A stretch of DNA of 64,000 nt, taken from positions 23,374,001 to 23,438,000 of the forward strand of contig NC_135808.1 in the NCBI RefSeq assembly GCF_964213995.1, read 5' to 3'. The notes beneath the pieces were generated by a model. It made no database searches. It had not been told where the DNA came from and was given only the letters and a program-made list of their open reading frames with translations. Position numbers and translations under genes: made by a program. This document shows, piece after piece, positions 11,701 to 21,300 of this stretch. The stretch comes from Mustelus asterias (taxonomy: Eukaryota). Positions within the stretch are counted from its first letter, which is position 1, and each line of letters starts with the position of its first letter.

Positions 11701-14700
11701 CCCCTCACTCAGCGACTCTCACTCCCCCCTCACTCACCGACTCTCCCTCCCCCTCACTCACCGACTCTCCCTCCCCCTCACTCACCGACTCTCACTCCCT
11801 CCTCACTCACCGACTCTCAGTAGTTTTTGTCCATATTTCAGATATTTCCTCAGCCATTCGATACACTCCCCCTCCAGGTAATGTTTAAATCGCCTTTTGA
11901 CGATGACATCCTGATCCCAGATGTTTTTGATGCTCTCCCCCCAGGGGACCGGAGTCACCCACACCATGTGATCCTTGTCGAAGCTGATAAAATCTTGTCC
12001 ATTCCACGCGTACTGGTTGAATCCACTTGTGGTCCCATCATCGCTCAGTTCACAGCCAGTCATCATCTGGAAGACATGGATCCCTGTGGATCAGAAAAAA
12101 CAAACAGCCAATCAGTGCCAGTCCCAATGGGAGATCCCACCTCCACAGCCAATCATAGCCAGTCCCACTGATTGGCCCCACCCTCTGTAGAAACAGCGAA
12201 TCAAATCCAGCTACACTGAGAGGCGCTTCCCACTCGATAGTAGACTGCCAATCAGAGCCAGTTACACAGAGCGGGCCCATGTCCGACATGCACATCCAAT
12301 CAGAGCCAGTCTCACTTGGACATAATCCCTCCACACACACACACACACACAGCCAATCGCATTTACTGTCACATCTCCAATCGCAGCCAATCAGCCTCTG
12401 GCTCCCAGCTCCTGATCCACTCTGGGTTTCTCTTCATTACAAGCTGGACGCCGAGAGCCAGGTCTGACAAAGTGTCATCCAGACCTGAAAGGTTAGCTCT
12501 GTTCTCTCTCCACAGATGCTGTCAGACCTGCTGAGGTTTTCCAGCATTTTCTGTTTTGGATTCAGATTCCAGCATCCGCAGTATTCTGCTTTTATATATG
12601 GGGCAGAGTGAGGACTCACCTCCTGTCTGGTTGGTCCGGGACATGAGGGTCGGAATACTAGTTTTGAAATGCATCTCCCCCTCCCGTACGAGCATCATCT
12701 TCTGCTCCCAAAACTCAGACCCATCGCCCTCCACCATCCACCGCTCCGGGTGAATCACCTCCTTCCGATCACTGTCATATGTCACAAACTGGATATCGTC
12801 CACATAACCGACAACCACAAACTCCGGGAAACCCGGGATCGGAGTCATTCCCGTGAGGAAATACCGGAGAGAGTGAGAGCCTGAAATATAGAGAAAGAGA
12901 GAGACATCAGGGTGTGAACCCCAAAACACCAACACCCAGAGAGAGAGAGACATCAGGGTGTGAACCCCAACATACCAACACCCAGAGAGTGAGAGACATC
13001 AGGGTGTGAACCCAAAACACCAACACCCAGAGGGAGAGACATCAGGGTGTGAACCCCAAAACCCAACACCCAGAGAGAGAGAGAGAGACATCAGGGTGTG
13101 AACCCCAAAACACCAACACCCAGAGAGAGAGAGAGAGACATCAGGGTGTGAACCCCAAAACACCAACACCCAGAGAGAAAGAGAGAGACATCAGGGTGTG
13201 AACACCAGAACCAGAGCGTTGTGCCCCATTGACCTGGTAAAATCCACCTCACTGATATTTGTGTCAAAATTGGAGAACTCTTCAACAATCTGGTGAAGCA
13301 ACAGTCTGACAGAGTTATACTCACTGTGACACACGATGTGAAAGGTCGCAACCACCCTCCCCATCCCTGGTTATGGCCTATCTCACTGGCAGGGTGAACC
13401 CGGGGATGACCTGTCTCAGTGGCAGGCTGTTTCCAGGGATGACCTGTCTCACTGGCAGCGTGTATCCGGGGATGACCTGTCTCACTGGCAGCGTGTATCC
13501 GGGAATGATCTGTCTCACTGGCAGGGTGTATCCGGGGATGACCTGTCTCACTGGCAGGGTGGATCTGGGTGTGACCTGTCTCACTGACATGGTGTTTCCG
13601 GGGATGACCTGTCAAAGTGGCAGGGTGGATCTGGGTGTGAGCTGTCTCACTGGCAGGGTGTATCCGGGAATGACCTGTCAAAGTGGCAGGGTGGATCTGG
13701 GTGTGAGCTGTCTCACTGGCAGGGTGTATCCGGGGATGACCTGTCTCACTGGCAGGGTGGATCTGGGTGTGAGCTGTCTCACTGGCAGTGTGTATCCGGG
13801 GATGACCTGTCTCACTGGCAGGGTGGATCTGGGTATGACCTGTCTCACTGGCAGGGTGGACCCACCACATGCTTTGGCACAGTAATCTTCACTGGGAATG
13901 GCGTTCCCCTTAGAAACGTTTCTGGACCCGATGAGGTCTCAGGTATTCAGTCAAACTTCGGCAGCAAAACCTCTATTTGATTGTTACCGAAAATCCTCCC
14001 CCAGCTGAGGAATCAGTATCTCTCCATGTTCAACACTCCTTGGAAAAAACACTAAGGGAGATGAGGACTCAGACTCTACTCTGGGTGGGGCTTGAATGTC
14101 CTTCCCTCAGAGTGACTCAGTAATATAACTGCAGACTGAGCAGTCCGAGTCCGGAATGATACATCTGTGACTTAGCCTGTGGCCTTTCCTGTGAAAATAA
14201 GGAGTGTGATGCCTCTGTAGTTGTCGCAGGCTCCTCGATTAGTCTTCTCTGCAGCATATTTTCTGTAAACAGTGTGATGGAACTCAGTCTATTTTCCAGC
14301 AGAGGGAGCTGCTCATAAAGGTGTGGGAATTGATGGCTCTTTTCCTGCTGGGATTCCATTCTTGCCAAGAGCCTTTCCGTTCACTAAGCAGCCTAACCAG
14401 CCTTCTCAAGCTCAAGTGGTGAAATCAAGTGAACACTATTCCTTGAGCTGTCAACAAAAGTGAGGTTAGCACTGCTGCCTCACAGCGCCAGGGACCCAGT
14501 TTCAATTCTGGCCTTGGGTGACTGTCCCTGTGGAGTTTGCACATTCTCTCCGTGGGTGTGGTTAAGATATTCTGTCAGAGGGTTGGTGGAGACTCAATGG
14601 GTTCCTTCTGCACTGTCGGGATTCTCTGATTCTTCCTCTAACTCATTCACCACAGGAAACTGTGGGAGAATATCTAGGGGGTGGACTGGGAGATGGACTG

Positions 14701-15082
14701 GGAGCAACTTTGGTGAGGGCAGAGACATGAACCTTCTTGATCCTTCCTGCACAGCTCACAGGTTGCTATTGTCACAGGAAGTTTAGATTTCTTGATGCAC
14801 GTGGTGTATTCCTCCAAACCCTCCCTCTCTCGGTCTCTCTCTTAACTCTCCAGCCTCATGTCCCTGCCCTTATTTCCCTCACAATCTACAATTTTGCTCC
14901 TTCTACAGACCCAGTACCCAGTCAGATATTGTTCCTCTCACACCCCATCACTCACTGACCCAGGGTTAATGCTCCAGTACCCAGCCTGGCATTGCCCCTC
15001 TCACACCACATCGCTCACCTGCAGACACCTCTCCACACAGAAGGACCAACTCTATCAGTCCAATCATTGTTGCTTCCCTCAT
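5714..15082 (-). CDS. MHC class I heavy chain, probably non-classical (gene A); exons complement(15019..15082 leader, 12620..12880 alpha1, 11811..12083 alpha2, 11105..11368 alpha3, 6625..6729 TM, 6043..6075 cyt1, 5714..5760 cyt2)
   Basis: Leader MREATMIGLIELVLLCGEVSA; alpha1 GSHSLRYFLTGMTPIPGFPEF...SRTNQTG with the N86 glycosylation site; alpha2 with the C101/C164 pair (TGCELS...ECIEWL); Ig-C1 alpha3 (LSCAVTGFYPQ...YSCRVEH); hydrophobic TM; tail with YNPA. All introns are GT-AG phase 1; 1047 nt with no internal stop. Confidence 0.93.
6492..6602 (+). mobile_element. 111-bp internal RT fragment of a Rex1/Babar-like LINE in intron 5 of gene A (also 41466..41576 and 58580..58690 on the minus strand)
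   Basis: Translates to PV(A/D)LTSIIMK*FERLVMARINSSLPDCLDPLQF; absent at the equivalent site in gene B. Confidence 0.65.
6980..8330 (-). mobile_element. Ancient degraded CR1-like LINE in intron 4 (shared by all four genes: ~23220-24520, ~39770-41050, ~56940-58220 on the plus strand)
   Basis: Remnant motifs SQHGF, VPQGSVLG, FADDTKLG, RRLRVDLIE. Confidence 0.7.
8446..10823. mobile_element. Penelope-like retroelement insertion: two inverted copies (8446..~9595 minus, ~9617..10823 plus) in intron 4 of gene A
   Basis: GIY-YIG endonuclease NVVYLIRCRKGCPEAWYIGET...RMNEH, RT thumb LYRKPTD...HPKHVK, outward-facing 3' ends (TGATGTGG... / ...CCACATCA). Confidence 0.88.
8531..8565 (-). ncRNA. Minimal type I hammerhead ribozyme in a Penelope-like 3' repeat
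   Basis: Minus strand CAC CTGATGA A GGGGC AGT GCTCC GAAA GC TT GTG: core CUGANGA/GAAA, stem II, short stem I, palindromic AGCT stem III. Confidence 0.6.
11435..11819. repeat. ~25-bp G-rich (sense strand) minisatellite in intron 3 of gene A
   Basis: (GTGAGAGTCGGTGAGTGAGGGGGGA)n on the minus strand, about 15 units. Confidence 0.92.
12895..13205. repeat. ~45-bp minisatellite at the 3' end of gene A intron 1
   Basis: (GA)n-GACATCAGGGTGTGAACCCCAAAACACCAACACCCA repeated about 7 times. Confidence 0.88.
13373..13862. repeat. 33-bp minisatellite in gene A intron 1
   Basis: TGACCTGTCTCACTGGCAGGGTGTATCCGGGGA, about 15 copies; produces the 11-aa periodic ORFs. Confidence 0.9.
14463..14613 (+). mobile_element. 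tRNA-derived SINE (HE1/V-SINE-like), internally deleted
   Basis: GGTTAGCACTGCTGCCTCACAGCGCCAGGGACCC...TGGAGTTTGCACATTCTC. Confidence 0.7.
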
Positions 15083-15189
15083 GTTGGGAGAAACATTTGG
15101 AGGAAACTCTTTTTCAAAGAAAGGCCATTTTCCCAACTCACTCCTTCTGTCTTTTCCTGTTTGCACTGAGCCTCAATCCTATTTTGGAG

Positions 15190-15256
15190 CCAATCAGAAT
15201 AAAGAGATTCAGTGAGTCATCAGTCTCCGGCAGAAAACAATTTCTCAAACAAGCTG
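15190..15256 (-). promoter_or_regulatory. MHC SXY promoter module of gene A
   Basis: Minus strand CCGGAGACTGATGACTCA (X1/X2) followed 15 nt later by CTGATTGG (Y box), about 110 nt upstream of the ATG; conserved in all four genes. Confidence 0.7.
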
Positions 15257-15366
15257 CCTCAATTACATTGTCCAATCAGGTAAATACAGCTGATGACATC
15301 ATGAGTTGCCGGGTAGAATCAGCTAAAAGAAATTTGATACAGTGACAGAGGGAAGGACATCAAGTC

Positions 15367-16270
15367 CCGGTAGCATCCGAGTAAATCTCTTCTGCACTCT
15401 TTCTAGTTTAATAATATCCTTTCTATAATAGGGTGACCAGAACTGTACACAGTATTCCAAGTGTGGTCTTACCAATGTCTTGTAGAACTTTAGCAAGTCC
15501 AAAGATGTGCGGGTTAGGTTGATTGGCCATGCTAAAATTGCCCCTTAGTGTCCTGAGATGTGTAGGTTAGAGGGATTAGTGGGTAAATATGTAGGGATAT
15601 GGGGGCAGGGCCTGGGTGGGATTGTGGTCAGTGCAGAATCGATGGGCCGAATGGCCTCCTTCTGCACTGTAGGATTTCTTTGATTTCTATGACATCACAA
15701 CTCCTGTATTCAATATTCTGACCGATGAAACCAAGCATGCCGAATGTCTTTTCACCACTAGGTCCACCTGTGACTTCACTTTCAAGGAGCTATGAACATG
15801 TACCCCCAGATCTCTTTGTTCTGTAACTCTCCCCAACGCCCTACCATTAACTGACTAAGTCCTGCCCTGGTTCGATCGACCAAAATGCATCACTGGCATT
15901 TATCTAAATTAAACTCCATCTGCCAATCATCAGCCCACTGGCCCAATTGATCAAGATCCCGCTGCAATCCTAGATAACCTTCTTCACTGTCCACTATGCC
16001 ACCAATCTTGGTGTCATCTGCAAACTTATTAACCATGCCTACTAAATTCTCATCCAAATCATTGATATAAATGACAAATAACAGTGGACCCAACACCGAT
16101 CCCTGAGGCACATCACTGGTCACAGGCGTCCAGTTTGAAAAACAACCCTCTACAACTACCCTCTGTCTTCTGTCATCAAGCCAATTTTGTATCCATTTGG
16201 CTCCCTCACCCTGGATGCCGTGAGATTTAACCTTATGCAATAACCTACTGTGTGGTACCTTGTCAATGGC
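15367..16270 (-). mobile_element. CR1 LINE fragment with a nested SINE 3' half (~15497-15692, plus strand)
   Basis: DKVPHSRLL...PQGSVLGPLLF...FADDTKIG on the minus strand. Confidence 0.85.
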
Positions 16271-16986
16271 CTGAAGGATGGACATGTATCAATTTAAAGG
16301 CCTTCTGGCAGGCTGGGCTCAGCAGAGTGATGTCTGTATGGGCCAGTGTGAATGCGCAGAAGGCCATATTGTGTTGGCAGGAGACAAAGTGTAACCCCAC
16401 ACTGACCCCCGTTACACCCCATCTGCCACCTTGCAGCCCATCCGGTTAACTTGTCCTAATCTCTTTGCAGCTGTCTATGTTCTCCATACAGTTTGCATTA
16501 TTCCTCATATGTAAATCCCTCAGACCCGGGATCAATCGAGTGAACATGTTCTGGACTGCCTTCAACACCAGTACATCTTTCCTTATATAAGGGGACCAAA
16601 AATATTCACAGTATTCCAGATGTGGTGTAACTAGTCTTTAGCAAGACTTCCCTATTTTATACTCCATTCCCTTTGAAATAAAGGCAAACATTCCATTTAT
16701 CTTCCCTCATATCTGCTGAATTGGCGTGCTGGCTTTCTGTGATTTATGTATGAAGGCTCCGACATTCTTCTGTGCTGCTCCTTTCTCCCTTCAAATTAAA
16801 TTCAGCTCCTTTATTCTTCGTACCAAATGAATAACTTTACATTTTCTGACAGGATATTTCACCCGCCAAATTTTTGCCCACTCACTGAACCTGATCCAGA
16901 CTCGAAATGTTGGCTCACACTGAAGCAGGATTAGGAGAATTCATCAAGATCCCTATTAGTCATCACCCGAATATAATCAGCAGCAT

Positions 16987-18183
16987 GGATGAGATTCTCC
17001 AAAAAAAAAGTGTCGAATTCACAATTTTTTCAGTGGGACTTTGGAAATGAATCTCCCACACTCTGCATCACGGAGTACACGAGTGCGAATCTCGCTAAAA
17101 ATCAGTGGGCAGGGACTATTCTCGCTGGAGAGGCCGGCAGCAGAGTGTTGAGCAGGCCACTGTGCATGCACGATCTCTCAGTGCCGAGATTGGCACATGC
17201 GCAGTAGCCCCGCACTGCGAACCTCCCGATCGCTGGCCAACTCATTCGCTGGCCAACTCATTTGGCTTTTGCTACCAAATAAACCTGTTGGACTTTAACC
17301 TGGTGTTGTTAAACTTCTTACTGTGTTTACCCCAGTCCAACGCCGGCATCTCCACATCACAACTCATTCGCTGGCCAGCCCCACGACCCTGACATCGCTG
17401 CCCCTCCAACTCCCCCATGGACCGATCACTGGCACCCCGGACGTGTCTGGGCCAACATTGCCCATCCTCCCCACCCCTCCAGTCCACCTCAATCTCCCGC
17501 CAGCAGTCCCAATCTCCCCCACAGTCCTGAACCCCCACCCCACAGCCCCGACCTTTCCCACACCCTACCCCCTGACAGACGGACCTTCCCCCTCTTGTGG
17601 CCAGCCCCGATCGCTGTCCTCCCTCCCTCTGTCACTCAGCCCAAGTGCAGAGTGGCAGCGGGACACCCCACCCCCCCAATCCATCAATCAACATCCCCCC
17701 CCCCCAGACACCCTGCCCCCATCAGGCCATGCTACATTAGGCCCCACCCCTTGACATTGCCCAATGCCCCCCCCCCCCATTGGGCAGTGCCAAGTTGCCC
17801 CAACTGGGCATTGGCACCTTGCCCCTTGGGCAGTGCTGGGGGGCCAGGCTGGCACTGACAAGCTGGCAATGCCCAGGAGGGGGAACCCTTTCTACCCCCG
17901 CCCCCTTCACTCCACTGGGGTCAGGCCGCCAGCAAGTGGGGATCTGTTGTGAACCCGACTGGGGTGAAACACTCCTGGCGGGACGCGGGGGTGGAGACGC
18001 TGGCGGGCCCGGAGAATTCCGTCCCAGGCCCGCTAATTAGATTGAAATCATGATTTAAATAAATGATACAGCTCCGCGCCGGAAATCCGGCGTGCAGCGG
18101 GAAGCTCGCCGCACGGCCCCCGCTATAGTCTCCGTGCACCCTGCGCTGCTAAAGTAGCACAATGCGCTGGGAGAATCGCAACA
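16987..18183. mobile_element. Putative degraded non-autonomous DNA transposon (GC-rich, imperfect TIRs) carrying a ~100-bp Penelope 3' end at 17262..17359
   Basis: Ends GATGAGATTCTCC / GGAGAATCGCAAC are imperfect inverted repeats; the Penelope end is flanked by an 18-bp direct repeat CAACTCATTCGCTGGCCA. Confidence 0.45.
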
Positions 18184-18208
18184 CATTTCTTGACCACAAT
18201 TAAACACA

Positions 18209-18284
18209 AAGTTTGTTTCCCAATCAGCTTTGTGTCTATTCTGCCGGAGACTAATGACTCACACAATGTTTTTATTCTGATTGG
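18209..18284 (+). promoter_or_regulatory. MHC SXY promoter module of gene B with an ISRE-like element
   Basis: AAGTTTGTTTCC (ISRE-like), CCGGAGACTAATGACTCA (X1/X2), CTGATTGG at 18277-18284. Confidence 0.68.
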
Positions 18285-18321
18285 TGCAATTGTATTTTAA
18301 GTCCAATCAGTTTGCAGTAAG

Positions 18322-18351
18322 TTACCGGAACAGGAACACCTTTTCCTGGAA
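18322..18351 (+). promoter_or_regulatory. Paired GAS/STAT-like sites specific to gene B
   Basis: TTACCGGAA (18322-18330) and TTCCTGGAA (18343-18351) between the Y box and the ATG. Confidence 0.4.
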
Positions 18352-18398
18352 ATACAGGACACAGCTAACGGGCTGAGAACTCCAAATGTTTCCCCAAC

Positions 18399-21300
18399 AT
18401 GAGGGAAGCAGCAATGATTGGACTGATCGAGCTGGTCCTTCTGTGTGGAGAGGTGTCTGCAGGTGAGTGATGGGATGTGAGAGGGGCAATGCCAGACTGG
18501 GTACTGGAGCATTAACCCTGGGTCAGTGAGTGATGGGGTGTGAGAGGGGCAATGCCAGGCTGGGTACTGGAGCATTAACCCTGGGTCAGTGAGTGATGGG
18601 GTGTGAGAGGGGCAATGCCAGGCTGGGTACTGGAGCATTAACCCTGGGTCAGTGAGTGATGGGGTGTGAGAGGGGCAATGCCAGGCTGGGTACTGGAGCA
18701 TTAACCCTGGGTCAGTGAGTGATGGGGTGTGAGAGGGGCAATGCCAGACTGGGTACTGGGGCATTAACCCTGGGTCAGTGAGTGATGGGGTGTGAGAGGG
18801 GCAATGTCAGGCTGGGTACTGGGTTTCTTAAAGGAGGGAAACTGGGATGTGAGGGAACTGAGAGCAGGGATGTGGGATTGGAGATCGAGGAGAGAGACAG
18901 AGAGAGGGAGAGGTTGAAGGATTGCAGGAACAGGAGGGGAATAATCTAAACTCCATTTTCTGCATCCCCACAAAAATCCATCTCAATTTTGAAAGCTGCA
19001 ATTGATCCACAACAGCTGCAGCTTCTTGCAGGAAAGAGGATTTCAGATTTCCACAACCATTTTGGTGAGGAGGTTCCTGGCTAAAGACAGCAGGCAGCAA
19101 CCAGGAAAGAGAGAGTGAGTGTAGATGAATAGCAGAGACTGGTTCAAGGCTTCAGCAACAGTGCACGATTAGAGAGAGAGAGAGAGAGCAGCAGAAGTAT
19201 AGTGTCATAGAATCCCTGCAGTGCAAAAGAAGGCTATTTAGCCCATCGAATCTGCACTGAGAACAATCCCACCTGGGCCCTATTCCCGTAACCCCATGTA
19301 TTCATCCTACTAATCATCTTGACACTAAGGGGCAATTTAGCATGGCCCATCAACCGAACCCGCACATCTTTTGAATGTGGGAAGAAACCGGAGAACCTGG
19401 AGGAAACCTACGGGGAGAACGTACAAACTCCACGCAGACAGTCACCCGAGGCCGGAATTGAACCCGGGTCCCTGGTGCTATGAGGCAGCAGTGCTAACCA
19501 CTCTGCCACCGTGCTACCCATATAATCAGACCCAGTAAAAGACTCCCAGCAGCAATGCATGAATAGCGAGAGAGTGTGTGTAAAGGAATAGCACAGGCCT
19601 AGTTAGGGACTCCAGCAGCAATGCACAATTGGAGAGTGATGGGGAGGGAGGAGAAATCAGACCTGGCTGGAGACTCCAGCATTTCTACAATTCCTTAGCT
19701 GATGTCCTGAGGAAGATTCTGGATGACTGGAGTCTTTTCAGCCTAAGTGACTTCAACAATGTGTTGAGACAGACAGTGATCATGGCCATTGTGCCTCGGT
19801 CATCACGGTGTGGGCAAGATCATCGATAATTATATTTGACCGAATGCATGGGACTTCGGTGCTGAGGACTCTCAGGGGAACTGTATTGTGGAAGCACATC
19901 ACTGCACCAATACCTCTGGTGGGCCTGTTGTGTGAGTCAGACAGTTATATCCAGCTTCTAAGCACCTTCTGGAGCTTTGCCATCTGAATGAACTCTCCAT
20001 CACCAACACTTACCCCCAGGGCAAACATTGCCTCAAAGTATCGTGGCATCGCTCAAGGTGTAACCCTGGCACCAACTAGACCTGCGTAATCAAGAGGAGA
20101 CACAATCTGCCCAGCTTTCTCCACACCCACACCAAGCACAGAGCAGATTGTGATAGTGCCCACTGTCCTGTCCGTCGCAGTGTGAAACTGCATCCCTGAA
20201 TAATTCACAGTCCCAAACACCATGGCCTGTCGCGTGTTAATGGGTTCGTACCCTGATGTCCCTCTCTGTGTGGGTGTTGATGGTTAGGGGTTCAAACCCT
20301 GATATCTGTGTGTCAGCGTTTTTAGGGTGCATATCCTGAATTTCTCTCCCTCTCTGTTTTTCAGGCTCTCACTCTCTGCGGTATTTCCTCTCGGGAATGA
20401 CCCCGGTCCCCGGTTTCCCGGAGTTTGTAGCTGTCGGTTATGTGGACGATGTCCAGTTTGTTGTGTACGACAGTGATCGGAGGGAACTAATCCCCCGGGA
20501 GCAGTGGATGGTGGAGAGCGAGGGGCTTGAGTCCTGGGAGCGGAAGAAGATGCTTGTACAGGAGCAGGAACGGTATTCCAAAGCCGATATTCCGCTCTTC
20601 ATGTCTCGGGCCAACCAGTCAGGAGGTGAGTGCTCACTCTCCCACAACTCTGGGATCAAGTTGGTCAATGTGGCTCCTCCCAGTGTAGTTGGCATTGATT
20701 GGCTGTGTGTGTGGTGCTCCCAAGTGACACTGTCTCTGATTGGTTGTTTGTGTTTCTGATCCACAGGGATCCATGTCTACCAGACGATGACTGGCTGTGA
20801 CCTGAGGGATGATGGGACCACGAGTGGATTCAACCAGTTTGGGTGGGACGGAAAAGATTTTATCAGCTTTGACAAGGATCACATGGTGTGGGTGACCCCG
20901 ATCACATGGGGAGAGATCATCAAAAACAATTTGGACAGGGACATAGCCAACAGCAAGGGATGGAAAAGTTACCTAGAGGGAGAGTGTATCGAGTGGCTGA
21001 AGAAATATCTGGAGTATGGACAGAGAGAACTGAGAGTTGGTGAGTTGGTAAGTGAGAGATGAGATGCCCGGGACTCTCTATCTCAAGGTTCCTGTACTGA
21101 CTCCTCTTTCTTTCTCTCTCAGTTGCCCCCGTCGTGTCCTTTACCCGCCTGGGTGATTCTAACCAGCTGTCCTGTGCCGTCACCGGGTTTTACCCTCAAG
21201 CCATCGAGGTGAATCTGTGGAGAGACGGAGTGGTGATTGATGAGACTCTGTCCACTGGGATCTTACCCAATCACGACAGCACCTACCAGATCCGGAAATG

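Noticed and set aside
13091-13885. ORFs with an 11-aa periodic repeat on both strands
   Set aside because: Product of a 33-bp intronic minisatellite found in only one paralog.
18463-18822. Regularly spaced repeats resembling a CRISPR array (also the 39-bp and 29-bp arrays)
   Set aside because: Head-to-tail units with no unique spacers, no cas genes, vertebrate context.
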